From an uncultured Candidatus Saccharibacteria bacterium (GTDB taxonomy: Bacteria > Patescibacteriota > Andersenbacteria > UBA10190), in NCBI GenBank assembly GCA_964359735.1, contig CAYHTZ010000004.1, positions 409 through 64,408 of the forward strand: a stretch of 64,000 nt of DNA, read 5' to 3'. Numbering within the stretch: position 1 is the stretch's first letter; each line of letters opens with the position of its first letter. Positions 9,612-22,176 of this stretch are shown piece after piece. Position numbers and translations under genes: made by a program. The notes under the pieces are model-generated. The model was not told the origin of the DNA and did not search any database. It was given only the letters and a program-made list of their open reading frames with translations.

Positions 9612-11309
9612 TTAGGATTCTTTCCAGATGCGCTGGGTGCGGACGTGCCAGGCCTCCACGTGGTTAAAGCGGGAAGCGGGCAGATCTCCATAATGTATTT
9701 CTACCCCGCGCACTTTGCCTTTCTGAGCGAAAAGGTAATACGGGCGGTAGAGAATGACGGCCGGATTGAGGTCAAGAATTTTTTCTTGAAATTCAATGTA
9801 TTTCTCACGGCGCTTGCCCGCATCGGGTTCCTTGCGCGCCTCTTCCAGGAGTTTATCTACGGCTTGGTCTTTGAAGAGGGCGAGGTTGAGTCCTGGGCTC
9901 CTTGTTTGCGTGGAGTGCCAGAACGGGTACGGGTCGGGCTGAGCCGGCAGGATTTCACCGAAGAGGAGGACTTCATAATCGCGCGGACGCACAGCGGTTT
10001 GCTGAATGGTGCCAGCGCCTAAGCTTTCAATTTCGGTTTCAACGCCGATCTTGAGCCACTGCTGCTGAATGAGCTCGGCGGTGCGGATGTATTCCGGCCA
10101 ATCGGTGGTCGTAATTTTCAGATGCAGGCGCTTGTTTTCTTTTTCCCGGATGCCGTCGCCGTCGGCATCTTTCCAGCCGGTATCTTCCAGATTCTGTTTG
10201 GCGGCGTCGGGGTTGTACGCGGGGTTGCCGAATTCTTCATGGTAGGCGAAGACTCCCGGCGGAATGGGGAGGTGGAGGACATCGGCTTCGCTGCCTAAGG
10301 CTTCCTTCACAATGGTTTCCCGGTCGGTGGCCAGCGCCAGCGACGAGCGCAACCCCGCATCCGCGAGAAGCTCATTTTTATTTTGATTAAAGAAGAGGGC
10401 GAAGTACTGCGGAATGAGTAAGCGGTGGACGTTATAGGAAGCGCGCCACTTCACGTCGTTCGCGAGCTGCAGCGGCAAGAAGCTCACGCCATCGACTTGG
10501 CTCGAGAGCAGCGCCTGCATAGCTTCCTCGTGAGTGGGATAGAAGAGGAAATCGATTTCATCCAGGTACGGTTGTTGCTGGTAATAACGGTCATTGCGCA
10601 CCAGCGTGACGCCGGTGATATCACCCGTTTTGCGGCGAGTGGTAATTTCAGAGAATTTGAACGCGCCAGTGCCCACGGGCTTTAAGATTTGCTCGGCCAG
10701 GGAGGTGTTCTTCGGGGGAATGTCTTCCCAGACATGCTGGGGAGCGATGCCCACCGTGAGGCTGTTGAGGAAGAGAGCGTACGGCTGCTGGAGCGTGAAG
10801 CGGACGGTGTAGTCATCCACTTTTTCAACCTCCACTCCTTGAAAAGATGAGAGCAGGGGAGAAGCGTAGTCAGGCGTTTGAATGCTGCGGATCGTAAAGA
10901 TGACATCGTCAGCGTTAAACGCCTCGCCATCGTGCCAGACGACATCGCTGCGGAGTTTCACCGTGTAGGTTTTTTGATCGGGGGAGATTTCGTAGCCAGC
11001 GGCCAGGTCATTTTCGAGCTCAAGATTCCGATTGAGTTTAACCAGGGAGGAATATACGAGGCGGGTGATGTCGAGATCCAGGTCGCTGGTGGAGGCCAGG
11101 ATGGGGTTCAAGTGGCGAGGTTGCCCCACGGCGGCTTCGCGGTAGACGCCGCCGGTCTGGGGTACGACGGTGGTGTTGCGGCCAATGTACCCAGTGATAC
11201 TGAGGATAGCTGAGATGAGCAAGACAATGCCTAGGGTAGCAAACGCAGCCCGCTCGCGGACGGTCATCTGAAACCAGAGGGAGCGCAGACGTTCAGGAAC
11301 GAACTTCAT
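9612..11309 (-). CDS. ABC transporter substrate-binding protein, family 5 (peptide/nickel type), membrane-anchored
   Basis: 565 aa with an N-terminal TM helix, then an SBP_bac_5-like fold. No permease or ATPase gene is adjacent. Confidence 0.65.
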   Translation of the reverse strand: MKFVPERLRSLWFQMTVRERAAFATLGIVLLISAILSITGYIGRNTTVVPQTGGVYREAAVGQPRHLNPILASTSDLDLDITRLVYSSLVKLNRNLELENDLAAGYEISPDQKTYTVKLRSDVVWHDGEAFNADDVIFTIRSIQTPDYASPLLSSFQGVEVEKVDDYTVRFTLQQPYALFLNSLTVGIAPQHVWEDIPPKNTSLAEQILKPVGTGAFKFSEITTRRKTGDITGVTLVRNDRYYQQQPYLDEIDFLFYPTHEEAMQALLSSQVDGVSFLPLQLANDVKWRASYNVHRLLIPQYFALFFNQNKNELLADAGLRSSLALATDRETIVKEALGSEADVLHLPIPPGVFAYHEEFGNPAYNPDAAKQNLEDTGWKDADGDGIREKENKRLHLKITTTDWPEYIRTAELIQQQWLKIGVETEIESLGAGTIQQTAVRPRDYEVLLFGEILPAQPDPYPFWHSTQTRSPGLNLALFKDQAVDKLLEEARKEPDAGKRREKYIEFQEKILDLNPAVILYRPYYLFAQKGKVRGVEIHYGDLPASRFNHVEAWHVRTQRIWKES

Positions 11310-11833
11310 GAGGTGAGATTAATAAGATTTTCCCTCCAACGCGAGGTGATGCCGTAGTCGTAATAGAGAGGAGGGCTATTAGCGCAAAGGAGGGTATTCC
11401 GCTCCTTGTTTTGATCTTGTTCAAGGATGGCGTAAAGCTCGAAGACGGCTGGGCTTCTTTTCCAATAGAAATAATCATATATTCGGTCCCACTTCGCTGA
11501 AGCTTCGCGGGGCTGCTGACCCGCTAGCGGGTCAGCAGGAAATGGCTTCGCTTCATTGCCGTACTTATTGTTCTGCTGGCGTAAGGCTAGCTCAATTTGG
11601 TCGCGCACAGTCGTATTCTTCGGATCATTTAAGAGGCCGCACCACGAAGTATTTTCATAGGGCGGGACAGTGCCGTGAAGTTCCCGCGCGAAGAACAGGC
11701 TTTGCTCAACATCAGCTAGATGGTGTTTGCGAATGGTATCGCGCGCTTGTTCACTTGCTCGGTTCAACAGAAACACGCCTCCCAAGATAGTGATGACTAC
11801 GCCGAACACGAGCGGCAGTTGGGAAGACCTCAT
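11306..11833 (-). CDS. hypothetical membrane-anchored protein
   Basis: A single N-terminal TM helix and no recognisable domain. Its stop overlaps the start of the SBP gene. Confidence 0.4.
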   Translation of the reverse strand: MRSSQLPLVFGVVITILGGVFLLNRASEQARDTIRKHHLADVEQSLFFARELHGTVPPYENTSWCGLLNDPKNTTVRDQIELALRQQNNKYGNEAKPFPADPLAGQQPREASAKWDRIYDYFYWKRSPAVFELYAILEQDQNKERNTLLCANSPPLYYDYGITSRWRENLINLTS

Positions 11834-11839
11834 CGGAGA

Positions 11840-12055
11840 TCACCTTATGAATAGGTGGGCAAAGGCAATGAGAATAAACAGAACAGCCGTGACAATGGTT
11901 CCCTGGAAGATGCGCTTTTCCCCTCCCCGGCGTACGTAGAATCCTTCGGCTCCGCCGCCGAAAGCGCTCCCTAAGCCTGCGGAGCGGCTCTGCATGAGAA
12001 TCAGGGCGGTTAGCACTACACTTACGATGATTAAGATGATATTAAGCCAAAGCAT
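11840..12055 (-). CDS. secG: preprotein translocase subunit SecG
   Basis: 71 aa, two TM helices flanking a Gly-rich loop (SAGLGSAFGGGAEG...RRGGEK), the classic SecG pattern. Confidence 0.7.
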   Translation of the reverse strand: MLWLNIILIIVSVVLTALILMQSRSAGLGSAFGGGAEGFYVRRGGEKRIFQGTIVTAVLFILIAFAHLFIR

Positions 12056-12118
12056 ATGTTCTATAACTTTACCACAGTACTGACCGTTACCTTCCCCGTC
12101 AACCGTTGACCGGGGTGG

Positions 12119-14035
12119 CTAAAGATAGTCTTGTAAAGCGGCAGTTTTGGACTTGCCTATGGTCTGCTCGAGCTCTTCCCGGCTGGCGCCGCGGATGTTT
12201 TGTACAGAACCAAAACGCTGGAGCAATTGCTTTTTTGTTTTCGGTCCGATCCCAGGAATATCATCGAGCAGGGAGCGCGTGGCGCGCTTATTGCGAAGCA
12301 GCCGATGGTAGGAAATGGTAAACCGGTGGGCTTCATCGCGCATACGCTGAATCAAGAATAGGGCATCGGAGTTGTAAGGGAGGCGAACGGGAGTTTTTTG
12401 CCCAGGCACGAAAATTTCTTCCTCCCGCTTCGCCAGGGCAATGACTGGGACCTGGACATTCAACTCTTCAAGGACACTTTTGGCGGAAGAAAGCTGGCCT
12501 TTGCCGCCATCGATGATGACCAGGTCCGGCAGGCGCCAGTCGGGGTGGCGGCCGCCGAAACGGCGGGTGAGAGCTTCGCGAATGGCAGCAAAATCGTCGG
12601 GCTTAGGCGGAGATGCGCCCTCCACATCGGTGGGCGACTGCTGAGGCAGCAGTCGGAATTTGCGGTACTGGGAGCGGTTAGGCTTGCCGCCTTCGAAGAC
12701 CACCATGGAGGCGGTGGGCAGGGTACCCTGTATATTGTAAATATCGTTGGTTTCGACCCGCCACTTCGGGGGGCCCGCCGATGGGGCGGGTTCGACTCCA
12801 ACTGCTCGGAAAAGTTCCTCGGTAGCTTTTTGCAGGCGAGTGTCGCTTTCGAATTGGATTTCTTCTTGTCGCAGCAATTCTTTGGCATTCATTTCCCCCA
12901 TTTCGAGAAGTTGGCGCTTCTTACCGCGCTCGGGCTTCGTTAAGGTAGGCGGGGACTCTCCATTAATCCACCGCGCGAGGGCAACTTCATCACTTAATGC
13001 CTCCGGGACATAAATAACTTTGGGAATGTCTTGAGCGACGCTGTAGTACTGCAAGATAAATTGGCGCAGGGTGTCGGCGAGAGGCGTCTCCGAGCGATGC
13101 TGGAGTAAAAACGTTTGCTTGCCCAAGAGCTTCCCCTCGCGAACTTGGAACACATTGGCGGCGCTGCGCGTACTGGCGCGGGCGAGGCTCACGGCATCAA
13201 ATGATTCTTTGGTGGGGAGGAAAACTTTCTGGGTGCCTTCGAGGCGCTCGATAGCTTGCAGCTGGTCGCGGAAGGTGGCGGCGCGTTCGTAGTGACCCTC
13301 CTGTGCGGCTGCCTCCATGCCGGCACGAAGGGTGCGCATAATTTCTTCGCGCTGGCCGGAGAGGAAACGGATGACGTTTTGAATGTTCTGGAGATACTGC
13401 TCATGCACCTCATCCGGTCGCTGACGACCGGCTTCTCCTTCGTAAGGAGAAGCACCTCTCCTTGAGAAGGAGAGGTCGTCTGCTTTTGAGGTGGGTGAGG
13501 TAAACAGCGGATGCGGAAATATAATATCGTGCGGGGAATCTTTTTCGCCTTTATATGGAAATAGTCTGCGGAGTAAACGAAGCGTAGAGCGCACAGACTG
13601 AGAGGAAGAATACGGCCCGAAGTAACGCGCACCATCGCGGTTCACGCGCCGGACAGGAAAAACGCGCGGGTATTCTTCGTTGGTCGTGATTTTAATGAAG
13701 AGGTAGTATTTATCGTCGCGCAGCACCACGTTGTAGGGCGGCTGGCGTTTGCGGATGAGATTGGCTTCGAGAACCAGCGCTTCGGTTTCGTTATCGGTAG
13801 AGATGGTTTCAATGCTCTTGATGAGCTTCACCATTTGCTGCTTGGCAGCATCAAGGGAAGCGAGCGGACGGAAGTACGATCGCACGCGGGCAGAAAGCCT
13901 TTTGGCTTTGCCCACGTAGAGAATGCCTCCCTGGGCGTCTTTATAGATGTAGATGCCAGGGGTCGTGGGCAAGGCGGCGAGTTGTTCGGTGACCTTCACG
14001 CCAGCGAGCATACTGCTCTTAGCGTTGCCCCACAA
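12119..14035 (-). CDS. uvrC: excinuclease ABC subunit C
   Basis: N-terminal GIY-YIG ([21 protein letters not shown]), a UvrBC-interaction region and C-terminal HhH. The true start may be the internal Met a few codons in. Confidence 0.9.
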   Translation of the reverse strand: MWGNAKSSMLAGVKVTEQLAALPTTPGIYIYKDAQGGILYVGKAKRLSARVRSYFRPLASLDAAKQQMVKLIKSIETISTDNETEALVLEANLIRKRQPPYNVVLRDDKYYLFIKITTNEEYPRVFPVRRVNRDGARYFGPYSSSQSVRSTLRLLRRLFPYKGEKDSPHDIIFPHPLFTSPTSKADDLSFSRRGASPYEGEAGRQRPDEVHEQYLQNIQNVIRFLSGQREEIMRTLRAGMEAAAQEGHYERAATFRDQLQAIERLEGTQKVFLPTKESFDAVSLARASTRSAANVFQVREGKLLGKQTFLLQHRSETPLADTLRQFILQYYSVAQDIPKVIYVPEALSDEVALARWINGESPPTLTKPERGKKRQLLEMGEMNAKELLRQEEIQFESDTRLQKATEELFRAVGVEPAPSAGPPKWRVETNDIYNIQGTLPTASMVVFEGGKPNRSQYRKFRLLPQQSPTDVEGASPPKPDDFAAIREALTRRFGGRHPDWRLPDLVIIDGGKGQLSSAKSVLEELNVQVPVIALAKREEEIFVPGQKTPVRLPYNSDALFLIQRMRDEAHRFTISYHRLLRNKRATRSLLDDIPGIGPKTKKQLLQRFGSVQNIRGASREELEQTIGKSKTAALQDYL

Positions 14036-14061
14036 GCAAATTTCCCGTATACTGCCCGTTT

Positions 14062-16932
14062 ATGGCTAGTGAAATCGTTATCAAAGGGGCGCGGGTACAT
14101 AATCTCAAAAATATTTCTCTGACTATCCCGCGGGATAAGCTCATTGTCTTCACTGGCCTTTCCGGCTCGGGGAAATCTTCGCTGGCGTTCGACACACTCT
14201 ACGCAGAAGGGCAAAGGAGATACGTAGAAAGCCTTTCGGCCTACGCCCGGCAGTTCTTGGGGCTCATGGACAAACCTGATGTCGACCAGATCGACGGTTT
14301 GTCTCCAGCGATTTCGATAGACCAGAAATCCACTACGCGCAATCCGCGGTCTACAGTAGGGACGGTTACAGAAATTTATGATTACTTGCGTCTACTGTTC
14401 GCTCGTGTAGGAGTACCCCATTGCCCCCAGTGCGGAAGGCCGATTGAGCGTCAGTCCGTGAAGCAGATGGCGCAACAGGTGTTGGAGCTGCCGAAAGATA
14501 CACGCATCTTGATTTTGGCGCCGCTGGTACGGGATCGTAAGGGAGAACATAAAGATGTCATTCGCGAGGCGAAGCTGGCTGGGTATGCGCGGGTGAGAGT
14601 TGACGGCACCGTGTATAGCATGGAAGAGGCAGAAGATTTGCGGCTGGATCGGCAGAAGCGGCACAGCGTGGAAGTGGTAGTCGATCGTTATTTCCTGGAA
14701 GAAAAACCTGACCGGCCGAGGTTGACAGATTCTTTGGAGACGGCACTGCGGCTCGGTAATGGATTGGTAGTCGTACAGAATCTGGAAACAAAAGAAGATA
14801 AGCTGTACTCGGAAGCGTTCGCCTGCCCGGTGGACGGCATCAGCATTCCGGCGTTAGAGCCGAGAGATTTTTCTTTCAACTCGCCACATGGCGCGTGCGC
14901 CGATTGTACGGGGTTGGGAAGCAAGCAAGAGATTGACCCGGATTTAGTGATACCGAACCGCAAGTTGAGTTTGGCAGAAGGAGCAGTCAAGCCTTGGAGT
15001 AAATCGGGCAGGAGCCGATGGTATGACCGGCTGCTCGCCGCACTTTCGCATGAGCTTGGATTCTCAATGGAGGTGCCGGTCTCTCGCCTCTCCGCTGCTC
15101 ACGTGAAAGCGATTTTGTACGGAGAAAATATTCCCATCTCCATCCGCACGCGCGGGGGTATGTGGGAGACGACTTACGAAGGCGTCGTGCCGCAGCTCTT
15201 TCGGCGGTACAAAGAAACTGAATCAGATTACACCCGCGCGGAGATTGAGCAGTTCATGGTAGAGAGGCCGTGCCCGACGTGCCAGGGAAGGCGGCTTAAG
15301 CCAGCGCCATTGGCCGTCACCATAGCGAATAAAAACATACACGCGGTGGTGAGCTTAGCTATTGATGAGACGTTGGGGTTCTTTAAAAACCTGCAGAGCC
15401 CCCAGCCTTCGCGTAAAGCTTCCACCTTCGCTAAAGCTTCGGTGGACAAGTCGGCCGGGCTCACTACTCAACAGCATGTTATCGCCAAGCAAATTTTGAA
15501 AGAAATTGTGGCGCGACTTACCTTCCTGCAAGATGTCGGGCTCTCGTATCTGACACTGGACCGCCGAGCCGGCACCTTAGCCGGGGGAGAAGCGCAGCGT
15601 ATCCGCTTGGCGACACAGATTGGGTCGGGCTTAGTGGGCGTGCTCTACATTTTAGATGAGCCTTCGATCGGCCTTCACCAGCGGGATAACAGCAAGCTTA
15701 TCCAGACGCTGCTGCGGCTGCGCGACATGGGCAACACGGTGGTAGTGGTGGAGCATGATGAGGAGACAATCCGCAGCGCCGACCAAGTGGTGGACATCGG
15801 GCCAGGGGCGGGCGATCACGGCGGCAAAGTTATTTTCCAAGGTACGCCCAAGCAGCTCAATCACAGCAGCACGCTTACCGGTAAATATCTTTCGGGGAAA
15901 CTTTCCATACGCACCCCGCGGCAGTACCGCCCGGGCCACGGCCAGAAGATCACGGTGGTAGGTGCGAGCGAGCATAACTTGCGTGATGTGACAGTGGATA
16001 TTCCGCTGGGGACGTTTACGTGTGTCACTGGGGTCTCTGGTTCAGGGAAATCTACCCTAATTAATGATGTACTTTCCAAAGTATTAGCGCGCGAGTTTCA
16101 CCGCGCGAAGGTTGTACCCGGGGAACACAAAGCGGTGAAAGGTCTGGAACACTTGGATAAGGTTATCACTATTGACCAGTCGCCTATCGGCCGCACCCCG
16201 CGCAGCAACCCTGCCACCTACACGGGGCTCTTTACTCCCATTCGGGAGCTCTTTGCTTCAACGGAGGAGGCCAAAGTGCGCGGGTATAAAGCGGGGAGAT
16301 TTTCTTTCAATGTGAAGGGAGGGCGCTGCGAGACGTGCCAAGGAGACGGCGTGCTTAAAATAGAAATGCACTTCTTGCCCGATGTATACGTGGAGTGTGA
16401 TGAGTGCCATGGCAAGCGCTACAACGCCGAGGCGCTGGAGATAGAGTGGAAGGGTGTCAATATTTCCGATGTGCTCGAGATGACAGTCGAGAGCGCGCTT
16501 AAATTCTTCCAGGCGCTCCCTAGCATTCGCGATAAATTGCAGACATTAAATGATGTGGGCTTAGGCTACATACACTTGGGACAGCCGGCGACGACACTTT
16601 CGGGAGGGGAAGCGCAGCGCATTAAACTGGCCACCGAACTTTCACGGCGCGCTACAGGGAAGACGCTCTACATTTTGGACGAGCCCACGACGGGCCTTCA
16701 CTTCGATGACGTGCGGCGCCTCCTAGCTGTGCTGCAAGAGCTGGTGGATAAGGGGAATACCGTGCTCATTATCGAGCACAATCTAGACGTCATAAAATCG
16801 GCGGACTACATTATTGATCTTGGGCCCGATGGCGGCGGCGCAGGCGGCAGAATTGTGGCCACCGGCACGCCCAACGAAGTCGCCAAAGTAAGAGAAAGCT
16901 ATACCGGGCAGTACCTCAAGAAGGTGTTATAG
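14062..16932 (+). CDS. uvrA: excinuclease ABC subunit A
   Basis: 956 aa with two ABC ATPase modules ([20 protein letters not shown]), zinc-finger Cys clusters and LSGGE signatures. Confidence 0.95.
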   Translation: MASEIVIKGARVHNLKNISLTIPRDKLIVFTGLSGSGKSSLAFDTLYAEGQRRYVESLSAYARQFLGLMDKPDVDQIDGLSPAISIDQKSTTRNPRSTVGTVTEIYDYLRLLFARVGVPHCPQCGRPIERQSVKQMAQQVLELPKDTRILILAPLVRDRKGEHKDVIREAKLAGYARVRVDGTVYSMEEAEDLRLDRQKRHSVEVVVDRYFLEEKPDRPRLTDSLETALRLGNGLVVVQNLETKEDKLYSEAFACPVDGISIPALEPRDFSFNSPHGACADCTGLGSKQEIDPDLVIPNRKLSLAEGAVKPWSKSGRSRWYDRLLAALSHELGFSMEVPVSRLSAAHVKAILYGENIPISIRTRGGMWETTYEGVVPQLFRRYKETESDYTRAEIEQFMVERPCPTCQGRRLKPAPLAVTIANKNIHAVVSLAIDETLGFFKNLQSPQPSRKASTFAKASVDKSAGLTTQQHVIAKQILKEIVARLTFLQDVGLSYLTLDRRAGTLAGGEAQRIRLATQIGSGLVGVLYILDEPSIGLHQRDNSKLIQTLLRLRDMGNTVVVVEHDEETIRSADQVVDIGPGAGDHGGKVIFQGTPKQLNHSSTLTGKYLSGKLSIRTPRQYRPGHGQKITVVGASEHNLRDVTVDIPLGTFTCVTGVSGSGKSTLINDVLSKVLAREFHRAKVVPGEHKAVKGLEHLDKVITIDQSPIGRTPRSNPATYTGLFTPIRELFASTEEAKVRGYKAGRFSFNVKGGRCETCQGDGVLKIEMHFLPDVYVECDECHGKRYNAEALEIEWKGVNISDVLEMTVESALKFFQALPSIRDKLQTLNDVGLGYIHLGQPATTLSGGEAQRIKLATELSRRATGKTLYILDEPTTGLHFDDVRRLLAVLQELVDKGNTVLIIEHNLDVIKSADYIIDLGPDGGGAGGRIVATGTPNEVAKVRESYTGQYLKKVL

Positions 16933-18701
16933 TGGGGTTGATGGACAGAAAGCTGCTTTGGTTTGGGCTGGCGGTGTTTGGAGTGGTAGTGGTGGCGATA
17001 GGGTATCGGTTTTACGATCTGCAAAATTACCCGTCGGGGCTTTTTCCGGATGTGGCCGCGAATGGGGAAGATGCGCTCAATATATTAAACGGAGATTATC
17101 GGCCCTTTTTTGAGCGCGGCAACGGTAGGGAAGGGCTTCTGTTCTACCTGGACGCGCTGGCAATCAAATATCACGGCGTAGGCGTGTGGCAGATGTACGT
17201 GCCAACGGCAGTGATCGGCGTCCTGACGGTGATTGCTATATATTTTGCGACGCAGTCATTCTTCGGTAGGCTAGCGGGGGTACTGGCTGGCCTCTTTGCG
17301 GCCACCAGCGCCTGGCACGTGACCATCTCGCGGACTGGTTTTCGCGCGATACTCGCTCCCCTATTCCTGGCTGCTTTCACGGCGTTTGTTGGTTATGCCA
17401 TTGCCTCAGCGAAAGATCGTAAAGTGAAAGCTTCCTATATGTATGCGGTGCTGGCCGGTATTTCGTTCGCCGGAGGGTTCTACTCGTACATTGCGTACCG
17501 AGCCATGATCGGCGTGGTGTTGGGAATAGTGGTACTCCTCTTGCTGGCCTCAGCTCATAAGAAAGTTGGCTTCCCGCATTTTCGCCGCTACGGCGGGCAA
17601 ATGGTGGCTGGGTTGCTCTCTGCGCTCGTGGTATTGGCTCCGCTGGCAGGCTACTTTTTCCAACACCCGGAAGCGTTTATGGGGCGGGCAGGGCAAGTGT
17701 CAATTTTCAACCCTGATTTGCAGCGGCAGGTGGGAGTGGGGTCCCCTGCGGAGGCGCTGGTGTATTCCACGCGAGAATCTTTGAAAGGGTTTTTCGTGGG
17801 TGATGGCGACGGCAACTGGCGCCATAGCGTGGCTGGCTACCCGCTCCTTAATCCCCTGGTTGGCTTGCTCTTTTTATTTGGATTCGCCTGGACGCTGGGA
17901 GGAACAGTAGGGGTGCTTTGGAGATTTTCCCATGGGGAAGAGGTTCACTTAGGTATGGTCTACCCCTATTTACTCCTCCTGTTCGTTGGCATGCTCCTGC
18001 CAGTGGTAACAACGGCAGAGGGTATTCCTCATGGGCTGCGCAGCCTGGGGATGTTCTTCCCTATTATGGTGCTGGCGGGTACAGCCGGAGCGGTGGTCGT
18101 TCACTGGATACAACGGAGGCTGACATCAGAGCTGATGCGGAGCGTGGGGTATGGGTTAGTGGCGGGAGCGCTAATCATAGCGAGCGTGTACGATGGCGCG
18201 TTGTACTTCTTCGTCGCGCGCAACACAGCCCCCGCACACGCGGCGTACCGAGCCGATCTCACCGAAGTGACCAAATTCTTAACTGACTGGCGCCAGCAAA
18301 ACCCAGGCAGCCCACGTCCCTACCTTGTTTTAGATGCTTTCTCTGCAGAGGTGGTCCATTTCTTACAACATGAAATTCACCCCGATGGATCTACTGCCCC
18401 GCCACCACACGGTCCCCTTACTCCCGACGCTCACCCAGATGCAGCGCAGCACATCTATACCCTGCTGAAGCCCGAAGTTAGCCATGAAGTAGAGTTGGCA
18501 GCGGGGGAAGTGATCGTGTTCACGCAATCTACTCTCTCTGACGCCAGCCGTTACGCGGCTACTCACCCGGGCGTGGAGGTAGTGGAATCGCGCGCCAATC
18601 GATTTGGACAGGAAATCATGCGGGTGTACCGCGCAGCCGACGCTGCGCTGCGCCCGGCGCCGTCGGCGCCTGCGGAACCTGCCTTTGATTTAGATGCCTA
18701 A
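16932..18701 (+). CDS. GT-C family glycosyltransferase (PMT/ArnT-like, GT39/GT83-type)
   Basis: Polytopic membrane protein with the N-terminal loop and TM architecture of dolichyl/undecaprenyl-phosphate-sugar-dependent transferases. The start (GTG 16932 or ATG 16941) overlaps the uvrA stop. Confidence 0.65.
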   Translation: MGLMDRKLLWFGLAVFGVVVVAIGYRFYDLQNYPSGLFPDVAANGEDALNILNGDYRPFFERGNGREGLLFYLDALAIKYHGVGVWQMYVPTAVIGVLTVIAIYFATQSFFGRLAGVLAGLFAATSAWHVTISRTGFRAILAPLFLAAFTAFVGYAIASAKDRKVKASYMYAVLAGISFAGGFYSYIAYRAMIGVVLGIVVLLLLASAHKKVGFPHFRRYGGQMVAGLLSALVVLAPLAGYFFQHPEAFMGRAGQVSIFNPDLQRQVGVGSPAEALVYSTRESLKGFFVGDGDGNWRHSVAGYPLLNPLVGLLFLFGFAWTLGGTVGVLWRFSHGEEVHLGMVYPYLLLLFVGMLLPVVTTAEGIPHGLRSLGMFFPIMVLAGTAGAVVVHWIQRRLTSELMRSVGYGLVAGALIIASVYDGALYFFVARNTAPAHAAYRADLTEVTKFLTDWRQQNPGSPRPYLVLDAFSAEVVHFLQHEIHPDGSTAPPPHGPLTPDAHPDAAQHIYTLLKPEVSHEVELAAGEVIVFTQSTLSDASRYAATHPGVEVVESRANRFGQEIMRVYRAADAALRPAPSAPAEPAFDLDA

Positions 18702-19677
18702 TTCTCTCGAGCAATCGATCTTCAACACGGTGCGGTACTTTGCTTTGTTTGATATGCCCGTTACGGCGGTACAGATTTGGCGGGCTCTGGTGTTAGACAG
18801 GGATCCGCCAGCTGGCGGAGACAGCCGCTTGCGCTGGCAGGGGCAACACTTGCCCAAACTTTCTGAGGTGAGGAGGCTCCTCGGAACTTCTGCCTGGCTG
18901 CAGCAAAGGTTGGGAACTGCGTGGGGGTATTTTTTTCTGCGCGGTAAGGAAGAAAGTGTGCGGCGGAGGTTGAATCGGCATGTCATTGCCCAGCACAAGT
19001 GGAGGCTCACGCGAAAGTTGGCCAAGTACTTAGCTCTGGTTCCCTGTGTGCGCATGATTGCTGGTTCAGGTTCGCTGGCGCTATCGAACACGCGGCCGAG
19101 CAGCGACCTGGACATGTTCGTGATTGTAAGAGGCGGTAGAATTTGGACCACGCGCCTGTTGCTCCTGCTGGTAGCCCAGCTCCTCGGGCGGCGGCGTAAA
19201 TATTGGGACCGGCAAGCGCCAGATAGATTGTGTTTCAACCATTTCATTACGGATACGGAACTGACTATGCCGGCCGCCGTACGCAACCTGTACACAGCCG
19301 TGGCTTACTCCCACCTTGTTCCCCTATTCGGGGTACGAATGTGGAGCCGGTTTGAAGCAGCCAACGGCGCCTGGATACGAAACTTCTTAATGTACCCGGA
19401 TACCCCTCCCCTACTGCCTAAACAAGGAGTGGCTCTCCCCTTTTGGGTGCGCGAGCTAAAGAATTTTTTTGAGGAAATGCTGTTGGAGCCCTTGGGAGAA
19501 TTTTTGGAGCGCTCAGCCGAGAAGCGACAACGACGCGCCATTCGCGAACATACCCAGCCGGGGAGAAGCGGGAGAGTGGCGATCTCTCCGACAGAGCTGG
19601 CATTTCACCCCGACTCCCGCGTGCCGGATATTTTGAGCCAGTTCGCGCAAGACGCTGGACAGAAAACTTTGCTCTAG
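18694..19677 (+). CDS. hypothetical protein with a possible minimal nucleotidyltransferase-like motif
   Basis: GSGSLALSNTRPSSDLDMFV resembles the GS...D.D signature of pol-beta-type nucleotidyltransferases. Overlaps the upstream GT-C gene. Confidence 0.35.
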   Translation: MPNSLEQSIFNTVRYFALFDMPVTAVQIWRALVLDRDPPAGGDSRLRWQGQHLPKLSEVRRLLGTSAWLQQRLGTAWGYFFLRGKEESVRRRLNRHVIAQHKWRLTRKLAKYLALVPCVRMIAGSGSLALSNTRPSSDLDMFVIVRGGRIWTTRLLLLLVAQLLGRRRKYWDRQAPDRLCFNHFITDTELTMPAAVRNLYTAVAYSHLVPLFGVRMWSRFEAANGAWIRNFLMYPDTPPLLPKQGVALPFWVRELKNFFEEMLLEPLGEFLERSAEKRQRRAIREHTQPGRSGRVAISPTELAFHPDSRVPDILSQFAQDAGQKTLL

Positions 19678-19700
19678 GCTTTCTCTGGAAGCAGTAAAGC

Positions 19701-19729
19701 TTGCAATTTAGCAGTCACTGCGGTAGATT
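19701..19729 (+). promoter_or_regulatory. sigma-70-like promoter for groES-groEL (TTGCAA -35, 17-nt spacer, TAGATT -10)
   Basis: Hexamers read directly at 19701-19706 and 19724-19729. The promoter overlaps the CIRCE-like inverted repeat. Confidence 0.4.
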
Positions 19730-19734
19730 GCTAA
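19708..19734 (+). promoter_or_regulatory. degenerate CIRCE (HrcA operator) inverted repeat TTAGCAGTC-N9-GATTGCTAA
   Basis: One mismatch per half-site relative to the canonical TTAGCACTC-N9-GAGTGCTAA, about 35 nt upstream of groES. Confidence 0.5.
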
Positions 19735-19769
19735 ATCATACTCATTCTTAACTCTGTATAGAGCATTTT

Positions 19770-21735
<1,966 letters not shown>

Positions 21736-21757
21736 CCCTGGGCGCGGGGTTTGTGTT

Positions 21758-22153
21758 TTGCGGGAGAGACGGTATCCTCGAAGTATGGTAGATGATGCTA
21801 AGCCTTCTCCAGAAGCGAAACCAGCGCGAGCACCAGTGCTCGCGGGGGAGCCGGTTGTAGATGTGAGCGATGAGAATCTGGCAGCCGCCTTTTCCTATAT
21901 CGGTTTTTTGGTCTTGATACCCTTGTTTACCCGCAAGCATGACCCGTATGTCCACTTTCACGCCAAGCAGGGACTGGTGATTTTCATTGGGGAAGTGGTG
22001 GCGGTGATTGCAGCGCAGTGGGTGGGGGTAGTCGGCGGGCTGCTCTTTGTATTGCTTCTGATTGCCAGTGTGATCGGCCTCATACAATCTCTTCAAGGCA
22101 AACGGTTTCGAATACCCGGCATAGCTGAGCTCACAGACAAGTTCAACATCTAG
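21758..22153 (+). CDS. DUF4870-family small membrane protein
   Basis: FSYIGFLVLIPLF...HAKQGLVIFI pattern. Paralogous to 53940..54269. Confidence 0.55.
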   Translation: MRERRYPRSMVDDAKPSPEAKPARAPVLAGEPVVDVSDENLAAAFSYIGFLVLIPLFTRKHDPYVHFHAKQGLVIFIGEVVAVIAAQWVGVVGGLLFVLLLIASVIGLIQSLQGKRFRIPGIAELTDKFNI

Positions 22154-22176
22154 GTTGCCGTGCTACAATTCTCGGT

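Noticed and set aside
8964-10022. 352-aa plus-strand ORF spanning the 3' end of the PGI/PMI gene, the Cys-rich gene and the SBP gene in antisense
   Set aside because: It crosses an intergenic region and two well-supported minus-strand genes. Its translation is low-complexity Arg/Gly-rich, typical of antisense frames.
21736-21757. GC-rich segment followed by TTTGTGTTTT after groEL as an intrinsic terminator
   Set aside because: No convincing stem could be drawn (CCCTGGGCGCGGGG is not self-complementary), so it was not reported as a terminator.
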